Shown one piece after another: positions 56,968 through 64,000 of a DNA stretch of 64,000 nucleotides. Every line of letters begins with the position of its first letter. Within the stretch, counting starts at the first letter, position 1. The position numbers were made by a program, and so were the translations under genes. The notes under the pieces are model-generated. The model saw only the letters and a program-made list of their open reading frames with translations, was not told the origin of the DNA and did no database searches. Where the stretch lies: positions 13,304-77,303 of the forward strand of contig JAFTWG010000008.1 of assembly GCA_017465405.1 (NCBI GenBank). The letters run 5' to 3'. This DNA comes from Alphaproteobacteria bacterium (GTDB taxonomy: Bacteria; Pseudomonadota; Alphaproteobacteria; RF32; CAG-239).

Positions 56968-58266
56968 TTATAGTAACTCCACACTAGGTACTGCCCCATA
57001 TACACCATCCATATAGGCTTCATAGAAGGAAATATTCTTTCTATTCAAGTTTTTAAAATCACTTAATGAATAAAGATCAGAATAAAACCCATTATTTAAT
57101 TCTTTACTCGTAAACCATATTTGATCACGAGACAGATGTTCTCCATCCATCAGATAATGAGCATGAGAAGTAAATATGAGTTGTGCGTTATTCTTATTAA
57201 TATCCGGATTATTAAACAGCGAAACTAAATATTTGACCAAGTAGGGGTGTAGTGCATTATCCAATTCATCAATAAAAATAACTCCTCCGGTATTCATTGT
57301 ATCAAGTAACGGACCTGACATCGATAAAAATGTTTTAGTACCAGCAGATTCCATATTTTTGAAGTCAAACTCCTTTGATGTACCTTCTTCTGTTTTATGA
57401 TAACTCTTAATATCAAGAACTCTTGATTTTTTATTTGATACCACCGATTTTAATATTAGTTCTGCAAGTTTATCTGGTTCTTGCTCCAAAGCATCTTTAA
57501 CATCTTTCATAAGTTCTTCAACAGGAACTTCTTTTACGGATATATCATTAATTCCTAAATCTGCTTGCTTTAACAAATTAATGATACCATTTCCTTCCCC
57601 TTCCGCAATTTTTTGAATTGAAAAATTATGAGATAAGGAATGGGAATCTGCAATTCTTATATTATTTATCAATTCATTATAAGCTTCTTGCACTTCTTTT
57701 ATTTGACAATTATAATTATTTATTAACAAAGGTAAAAACAGTCTATTATTTAAAGTTTCATCACACCATCTTTGTAAAATTCCCTTAGACTTCTCAAAAA
57801 CAGGCTTTCCGTCAACAAATATTCTATTGTACACTCTATTTCTTAGAGCAGAGCCGTTTTGATAAATTGGAGAATAAAACAAACTTTCTTTTTGTATAAT
57901 ATTATTAAAAACTTCTACCCCGTATTCGTACAAAATATCATTTACAATAAATTGTATTTCAAAACTCATCGGTTTATTCAAATTATTATCCGTAAGAGCA
58001 TATCTTTCGTCAGGCCAAGTATTTTCCACATTCATTTTAGTACTTTTTTTTATCATGTACTTTATAAATTTCAGAGCATACAGTACATTAGACTTACCCG
58101 ATGCATTGGATCCGAAGATACCTGCAGTACGATAAAGTCGAGGAATTTTTTTTAATTTTGTTTCTATTAAATTATACATTTTTCCATTTTGTGACAACGG
58201 TTCCATAGAAAAAGTTACTTCTTCTTTAAAACTTCTAAAATTACCAAACTTAAACTCAACTAACAT
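56968..58266 (-). CDS. AAA/ABC-like ATPase (AAA_15/AAA_21 type; RloA/AbiLi-like)
   Basis: The N-terminal FGNFRSFKEE, Walker A GSNASGKSN and Walker B VIFIDELDNALHP are typical of the SMC/ABC-like defence ATPases. Confidence 0.75.
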   Translation of the reverse strand: MLVEFKFGNFRSFKEEVTFSMEPLSQNGKMYNLIETKLKKIPRLYRTAGIFGSNASGKSNVLYALKFIKYMIKKSTKMNVENTWPDERYALTDNNLNKPMSFEIQFIVNDILYEYGVEVFNNIIQKESLFYSPIYQNGSALRNRVYNRIFVDGKPVFEKSKGILQRWCDETLNNRLFLPLLINNYNCQIKEVQEAYNELINNIRIADSHSLSHNFSIQKIAEGEGNGIINLLKQADLGINDISVKEVPVEELMKDVKDALEQEPDKLAELILKSVVSNKKSRVLDIKSYHKTEEGTSKEFDFKNMESAGTKTFLSMSGPLLDTMNTGGVIFIDELDNALHPYLVKYLVSLFNNPDINKNNAQLIFTSHAHYLMDGEHLSRDQIWFTSKELNNGFYSDLYSLSDFKNLNRKNISFYEAYMDGVYGAVPSVELL

Positions 58267-58332
58267 AATACACCTTTCTTTGCGTTTTTTTTACAGAGAA
58301 TAGCTTAATATATATACTTTATTATATTAAAG

Positions 58333-59598
58333 TCAATATTTATATATTTTCTTTCCTTTGGTTTTGGAGAGAGTTTGTTTTTCTTTTTTGATGCGCTCTA
58401 AGAGGACGGAAGCCAGTTCGTCGTTGGGGTCTTGAGCAACGAGTTTGCCCTCAAAAGCTTTTTTTAAGATAGATTGCTTAAGTTTATCAGCTTTTTCTAA
58501 ACCCTCATTAACTACTTTTTCCAACTCATCTGCCACTGCAAAACGCTTTTCAATCTCTTCAACAATGCGTTGTTGCTCAGAAATATCAGATGGAAATGAA
58601 ATCGATATTCTTTTTAACGTATCAAGTATTATTCTTCGAATTGCTACTCCTGTTTTCTTATTAATAGCCTCTGCCAAAAATTTGGGAGATTTTAATACAT
58701 AAAATAAAAACTCACTTTTTAATTCTTTTTTTGGTCTCAAAATGGCCAATGAAGATAATATTACAAATTCCTTTTCATAATCTACAAGCACAACCTTACC
58801 TACAGTTCCATCTTTTGAAAATAAGACATCCCCTTTATATGGCTTACAGCCGGATTTTAACAACAATTCATATTGTTTTTTATCAATCCGCTTCGCCGCA
58901 TCAAAATCAATGATATCTTTTCTTACATCTTTAACTGTAATATAAGGATAACATCCATTACTAACTTGTTTGGGAGAAAAATGGCTGCCGTCTGTAATTT
59001 TCTCACATACATCCTTTAATTGAACTTCTTTCCAATCGGTGGTTTTGTAGAGTTTGCCTTCAAAGGCGGATTTGAGGACGGATTGGCGATATTGTTTAAT
59101 CTGTGCCTGTGCTGATTTTAAGCGCTCTACACCCTCATCAATATCTTGAAACAACGCCTCAATCTTCTCCACAATCCTTTCCTGCTCCGCCAGAGGGGGA
59201 AGATTTAAGGTTTGTTTGGCATATTCAGATATCCAATACCGTTTATGTGTATCGCTTTCATAATGTATTGTTTGCATGAGATAATAAAGAAAGTTTATAT
59301 TTATATCTTTTTTTGCATGCAAAATCTTCATTGCTGATGATTTAACCTTAAAAGGAAAATCAACAAGTTTCGAAGCCGTTGTAAAATCATCAAATATAAT
59401 TACTGTTTCTTTTGAAGCATCAAATATTCCATCTTTTTCATCAGTATACCCGAGAATAAAACTTTTTCCTGCTGTTAATACCGCTATTCCTTGCTCTTGA
59501 TAATCGGTATTGCTAACAATATAACGAGTTGGCTGTTCATAATCTAAAACATCCTCAAATTTACACTCACACCAATTTAACGGAAGTTCATTCGGCAT
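58333..59598 (-). CDS. hsdS: Type I restriction-modification system specificity subunit
   Basis: Two variable TRDs are each followed by a conserved helical repeat (AEQERIVEKIEALF...SVLKSAFEGKL and EQQRIVEEIEKRF...SILKKAFEGKL). Confidence 0.92.
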   Translation of the reverse strand: MPNELPLNWCECKFEDVLDYEQPTRYIVSNTDYQEQGIAVLTAGKSFILGYTDEKDGIFDASKETVIIFDDFTTASKLVDFPFKVKSSAMKILHAKKDININFLYYLMQTIHYESDTHKRYWISEYAKQTLNLPPLAEQERIVEKIEALFQDIDEGVERLKSAQAQIKQYRQSVLKSAFEGKLYKTTDWKEVQLKDVCEKITDGSHFSPKQVSNGCYPYITVKDVRKDIIDFDAAKRIDKKQYELLLKSGCKPYKGDVLFSKDGTVGKVVLVDYEKEFVILSSLAILRPKKELKSEFLFYVLKSPKFLAEAINKKTGVAIRRIILDTLKRISISFPSDISEQQRIVEEIEKRFAVADELEKVVNEGLEKADKLKQSILKKAFEGKLVAQDPNDELASVLLERIKKEKQTLSKTKGKKIYKY

Positions 59599-59602
59599 TT
59601 AT

Positions 59603-60487
59603 TTATCTTTCTTGACGGCTTTTTGCTTCATAATTTTCGTCTTCACCCGTTAAGTTAATAGTGAAGAGCCTTCTATCAATTAATTTTAAGAAATTCATAG
59701 TGTTATCTGCATCAAAAGATATTTGATCATTTGATATATTAATTGAAATGTTTTGTTTTCGACATGCTGAAATTACTTCATCAAGTGACAAATTATTTAA
59801 TCTACCGGATGATTTAATTGAAGCGACTAAACGTGCGGCCATTATATGATTTTGAATATATTCTTTAGCTTCATCTGAAAATATGAATACAGGTGTGTTT
59901 TGCTCTATTATTCGAATATTTGTTGCAGATGCTAGCCTTACAGTTTCACCCAAGTCAGCAATACTTTCAAAAACGAGGTACTTATTTATATACGCAATAT
60001 TATTAAAAACAAGAATATCAAAAGACTTATCTAATTTGAATAAACTTCCAGAAAAGGTTTTTAAAGCATCGCTAATAAACTGGATATACCAAGCGTGTTG
60101 GGCTGTTACGGCTTTAAAATATGTGGCCTTTTTGATAGCTAGAAGAGTCTCGTTGTTATTGTCAGTTAGTCTGCAAAAATAATATATTATATCTTCAGGA
60201 TTGTTAACAATCTGTTGATTGTCAACACTTATATCGTTGTTGTTATAAATTTCCAATATATTACGGCAATAATCACTATTTAAGCTTATTTGTAGCTTAT
60301 CTTCAGAGTTATATTTTTCAGAAGGTGAATAATCATTAATATTATCACCTAATTCGTATTCTGTATTTTCAACCATATTTACTAATATTTCCTGGACTTC
60401 CCTTGTCATTGCAATTTTATAAAATAATCCATTGTCTTTTTGTATAAAAAATTCTACAATACGAAGATCTGTAATATCAAAAGCCAT
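59603..60487 (-). CDS. Hypothetical 294-aa soluble protein; KwaB-like (DUF4868-like) by size and gene context, not verified
   Basis: The ATG directly abuts the stop of the upstream 4-TM gene (TAAATG). The size and partner match the Kiwa KwaB architecture. I cannot verify any sequence motif from memory. Confidence 0.4.
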   Translation of the reverse strand: MAFDITDLRIVEFFIQKDNGLFYKIAMTREVQEILVNMVENTEYELGDNINDYSPSEKYNSEDKLQISLNSDYCRNILEIYNNNDISVDNQQIVNNPEDIIYYFCRLTDNNNETLLAIKKATYFKAVTAQHAWYIQFISDALKTFSGSLFKLDKSFDILVFNNIAYINKYLVFESIADLGETVRLASATNIRIIEQNTPVFIFSDEAKEYIQNHIMAARLVASIKSSGRLNNLSLDEVISACRKQNISINISNDQISFDADNTMNFLKLIDRRLFTINLTGEDENYEAKSRQER

Positions 60488-61033
60488 TTAATCTAACTCC
60501 TTTTCCCAAAATAGTGAATTTGTTAAGCGTACAGCGATGATGTCATTAGATTGGATTTCTTGAATTTCCTTTTTACTAATAATAACATAACTGTGGGTGT
60601 TTTGGGGTGTTACTTTGTATAGTTTATACCCAAAGATATAAAAGAAAATATTTAAGTAATATAAATTAAAAATGTAAAATACAATTATAACAAAAACTAT
60701 CGTAGCTACAAAAAAAGGAAGTTGAGACGTTGAAGTTAAATCGTTTTGGCATAAAGGCAACGCTATTGATAAAATATATGTTGAATATTCTTCTACACAT
60801 GGTGTGATATTTGTGTTAGTACTTAATCTTATTTTTTCATCTTTAGCAATATAACACCTCAAAATCAAAGGCAAAAATGAAACAACGACTATACCCCACA
60901 TAATATAGGTATAAATTGTATTATAAGTTCCTGTCTCAAAATCAGATCCTTTTATCGCTAACAAAGCAAAAACAGGACTCACACTTGATATTAGCAATAG
61001 GAATCTTAGAATTTTTAACCCTTTTTCTGCCAT
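60488..61033 (-). CDS. Four-TM small membrane protein; KwaA-like by architecture
   Basis: The 181-aa protein has four hydrophobic helices (ILRFLLLISSVSPVFALLAI, IMWGIVVVSFLPLIL, YILSIALPL, FFVATIVFVIIVFYIF...) and starts 16 nt after the hsdR stop. Confidence 0.4.
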   Translation of the reverse strand: MAEKGLKILRFLLLISSVSPVFALLAIKGSDFETGTYNTIYTYIMWGIVVVSFLPLILRCYIAKDEKIRLSTNTNITPCVEEYSTYILSIALPLCQNDLTSTSQLPFFVATIVFVIIVFYIFNLYYLNIFFYIFGYKLYKVTPQNTHSYVIISKKEIQEIQSNDIIAVRLTNSLFWEKELD

Positions 61034-61049
61034 CTATTTAGTCTCCTCC

Positions 61050-63770
61050 TTATGCCACCAATGCCAAGCTCATATCCGCCAACAGCGGTTCTAAATCTTT
61101 GCCGAAGATTTTGCGGGCGCGGATAATACCACCTTTATCATCCATTGTATCTTGAATATCTTTCGGCTCTATGCGCACATTGGCAATAATGTAATCTTTT
61201 ATCATCTCAAGCCACTCGTTTTGCTCTGCTGTAAACACAATACCCTTTTTGAGCTGACGACCTTTCCAAAGGTTAAAACGCTGATTGGCAACTTTATCAA
61301 ACTCTTCCAGCTTATCATCTTGTCCAATAGCAAAACGCACCAGTTGCACCAAGTTGGTCAGCAACCGCACCGGATTTTTAACATGTTGGACTTTATCTTT
61401 TTCCAATAGCTCAAACGCACGCCAAATCTCTATCGGTGCCAAAGGCGGACGTGCTTCACGCATTTTTTCTGCCAGTTCACGGATATTGGCATAAGTCAGA
61501 TTTCTCTTGCCATATTGCACATTATAAATGATAGAAAGTGCATCAATTTCATCTTTATTGGCTTCTATAAATTCCTTAAACGAAGTTATGATGTTTTTAG
61601 CCTTTTCGCCGTTGATATCCGCAGAAATAACTTCATCTTGCGCCAGTTCATCAATATAAATGCCGGTTTTGGCACTCATATCAAGCAAAGTTTGCCGCAA
61701 ACTTGATTTATTAAACGGTTTAACCGCATCATCTTTGATTTTTTCTATTTCCTGCTCGGTTTTGCCCTCAAGTTTGTCCGGCTCTATGGCATCAAGAATA
61801 TTGCCGGCAATTTCATGCAACGGCTTTCCTCCGGTTAGAGCTTTTATCTTGTCTTTTTCTTCATCATTTAAGTTGCGCTCTATATTGACAATGCGTCCGG
61901 CAAGCGTGCTTAATGTGTCATCATCAGTTTTGCCTTGTGCCACTTGCTCTAAAAGCTTCTTTAACGAAACCGAACGTTTGCGCTCCAATGGTTGTGAAGC
62001 GGTCTTTTTACTCTCGGTTACACCGACAGCATCAATCAAATAAAAGAAACTTTTACCTTCAGCATTCGGAGTTACCTGCTTTAAGTCCGTATCATTAATG
62101 GAACGAACGCCACGACCTTTCATCTGCTCATAATAAAGCGATGAGCGAACATCTCGCAAAAACATTACCACTTCCAAAGGTTTAATATCCGTGCCGGTGG
62201 CAATCATATCCACCGTTACGGCAATACGCGGTAAAGGCGAAACACGAAACTGTTTAATCAGTTCTTCCGGCTTTTCACCGGTAACGTTATAGGTAATCTT
62301 TTTGCAAAAATCGTTGCCTTGCCCGAAAACTTCTCTCGTGATGCGAACAATTTCTTCGGCATGATTGTCATCTTTGGCAAAAATAAGCGTTTTCGGTGTC
62401 CACGCAAAATTCGGCTCACGTTCCGGAAACAGCTCGGTATAAAGCGAATTTTTATAACACTCCATAATGGTGCGAATTTGATTTGGCACGAGAACAGAAC
62501 GGTCTAAGTCATTCTTTTTATACTCTAAGTCTTCGTCCAGTTGCTCATAAGTTATCTTACGGCTTTTCTTATTACGCAGTGGCACAGGAAAAGATTTGTC
62601 TATTTTACCACCGTCTTCGCTGATTTTGGTTTTAATGCGTAAAACCTGATAATCTACATTAACACCATCAGCAACCGAGCGTTCATAAGGATATTCGGCA
62701 ACAATGTTGCGATTAAAATAACCAAAGGTTTGCTTAGATGGCGTAGCTGTCAAACCGATAATGAAAGCGTCAAAATATTCCAAAACTTGCCGCCAATCGC
62801 CGTAAATACTGCGGTGACATTCATCAGTTATGATAAAATCGAAATAGTCCGGCGGAAGCGCAGAATTATAATTAACTTCTTTAGGCGCACCCATTGAACC
62901 GAGCTCGTAAGCGGAAGCATCTTCGTCTGCCTCATCATAATCTTCTTCACCGCAGAGCATTGAATAAAGCCGTTGAATGGTGGTAATCACAACTTTGGCA
63001 TCAGAATCAACCTTATTATGTTGCAAGTGCTGAGCAATATAAACTTGAGGAAATAGGCGATTTACATCAGGTAGGCGAAAGTTTTCAAACTCTTTTTTGG
63101 TTTGTTTGCCGAGATTATTGCGGTCTACCAAGAACAAAATACGCTTTGCTCCGGCATATTTAAGCAAGCGATATGAAAAATTACAAGCCGTAAAAGTTTT
63201 TCCGGCACCGGTTGCCATTTGAATAAGCGCTTTTTGATTGCCTTCCGCTAATGATTTTTCTAAGCCTTCAATGGCTTCAAATTGACAATCACGCAAAGAG
63301 CCTTTTTCTAATGTAGGCATATTTTGCAAGCGATTGCGCAAGGTGCTTTCAACTTCTAACATATTCAGCAATGATTGGGGCGAATGAAAAGCAAAAATGC
63401 GCCGAGAACGGCAGATTTTATCCCGCCCGTCACAAAAGAAAGTCTCATTACCAGTGCTTTCATAAATAAAAGGTAACGGCATTTGCCAGTTTTTAACGTA
63501 TTCCGGTAAATGGCAAGCATATCCATGCGATTGATTTTCAACACCGCTTAAAGCAACACCGGCTTTCTTTGCTTCTATAACACCGCAGGCTTTGCCATCT
63601 ACAAACAAAAGATAGTCAGCCTCTGTGTTATCGTCCATCAAAAACTCGCGAACAGCCACGCCTAAACCAGCTGTGCGGTCAAAATCCTCACGGTTCTGTA
63701 TTATCCAACCGGCATTTATCAGTTGTTCATCTATTTTTTCTCTTGCTTTTTCTTCAGGGGTTGAAGTCAT
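61050..63770 (-). CDS. hsdR: Type I restriction-modification system endonuclease/helicase subunit
   Basis: The N-terminal nuclease region is present (EADYLLFVDGKACGVIEAKK). Helicase motif I is MATGAGKTFT and motif II is ITDECHRS. The long C-terminal helical domain resembles EcoEI-type HsdR. Confidence 0.93.
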   Translation of the reverse strand: MTSTPEEKAREKIDEQLINAGWIIQNREDFDRTAGLGVAVREFLMDDNTEADYLLFVDGKACGVIEAKKAGVALSGVENQSHGYACHLPEYVKNWQMPLPFIYESTGNETFFCDGRDKICRSRRIFAFHSPQSLLNMLEVESTLRNRLQNMPTLEKGSLRDCQFEAIEGLEKSLAEGNQKALIQMATGAGKTFTACNFSYRLLKYAGAKRILFLVDRNNLGKQTKKEFENFRLPDVNRLFPQVYIAQHLQHNKVDSDAKVVITTIQRLYSMLCGEEDYDEADEDASAYELGSMGAPKEVNYNSALPPDYFDFIITDECHRSIYGDWRQVLEYFDAFIIGLTATPSKQTFGYFNRNIVAEYPYERSVADGVNVDYQVLRIKTKISEDGGKIDKSFPVPLRNKKSRKITYEQLDEDLEYKKNDLDRSVLVPNQIRTIMECYKNSLYTELFPEREPNFAWTPKTLIFAKDDNHAEEIVRITREVFGQGNDFCKKITYNVTGEKPEELIKQFRVSPLPRIAVTVDMIATGTDIKPLEVVMFLRDVRSSLYYEQMKGRGVRSINDTDLKQVTPNAEGKSFFYLIDAVGVTESKKTASQPLERKRSVSLKKLLEQVAQGKTDDDTLSTLAGRIVNIERNLNDEEKDKIKALTGGKPLHEIAGNILDAIEPDKLEGKTEQEIEKIKDDAVKPFNKSSLRQTLLDMSAKTGIYIDELAQDEVISADINGEKAKNIITSFKEFIEANKDEIDALSIIYNVQYGKRNLTYANIRELAEKMREARPPLAPIEIWRAFELLEKDKVQHVKNPVRLLTNLVQLVRFAIGQDDKLEEFDKVANQRFNLWKGRQLKKGIVFTAEQNEWLEMIKDYIIANVRIEPKDIQDTMDDKGGIIRARKIFGKDLEPLLADMSLALVA

Positions 63771-64000
63771 TTGAAAGTTCCAAAAGTTATATTATGGCAA
63801 CGATTTTATACTAAATTCCTCGGAAATCAAGTTGTATTTTATTACTCACAATTCCCTAAAATTATTTTTATAGCTTTTATAAATTTCTTTGTATTTTATG
63901 AAGTTCTTTAAAAATATAAACTGCTAATTTGAATACTTTACAAAACTTGAAAGTATCATAATAACTTATTAGAGATTATAGTGTTTGTGCTTACTATTTG

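Overview
This window is a chromosomal segment from a low-GC (roughly one-third G+C by eye) Gram-negative bacterium. It is most likely an Alphaproteobacterium, based on a CcrM-type beta-class adenine methyltransferase, YejE/YejF, a short ParC, and the LPS genes kdsA and pagP. Housekeeping genes make up most of the window: recJ, rpsD, parC, recO, kdsA, pyrG, secG, tpiA, ppiD-like, mutL, pgi, two M16 peptidases, lspA, mgtE, rsmB, rlmE, two Ppx/GppA paralogs, rnhB, guaC and three tRNAs. Accessory modules are interleaved with them. (1) A polysaccharide locus sits at the left edge. (2) A BcgI-like (type IIB-like) R-M pair lies between tRNA-Gly and tRNA-His, preceded by a structured terminator-ended RNA element. 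(3) An Mrr nuclease gene is coupled to rsmB. (4) Three single-gene insertions are clearly G+C-richer than their surroundings and lack Shine-Dalgarno sequences. (5) An AT-rich block holds three orphan genes, one with an HExxH motif. (6) A secreted PLD nuclease sits beside a 20-aa tandem-repeat protein. (7) Most notably, the right end carries a tightly packed seven-gene operon in which type I hsdR, hsdS and hsdM are separated by a Kiwa-like pair (4-TM protein plus a 294-aa protein) and an AbiL/Rlo-like pair (AAA ATPase plus RloB-like protein). I saw no CRISPR array, rRNA, transposase or integrase. All functional calls rest on motif and architecture recognition by eye. No database search was run.
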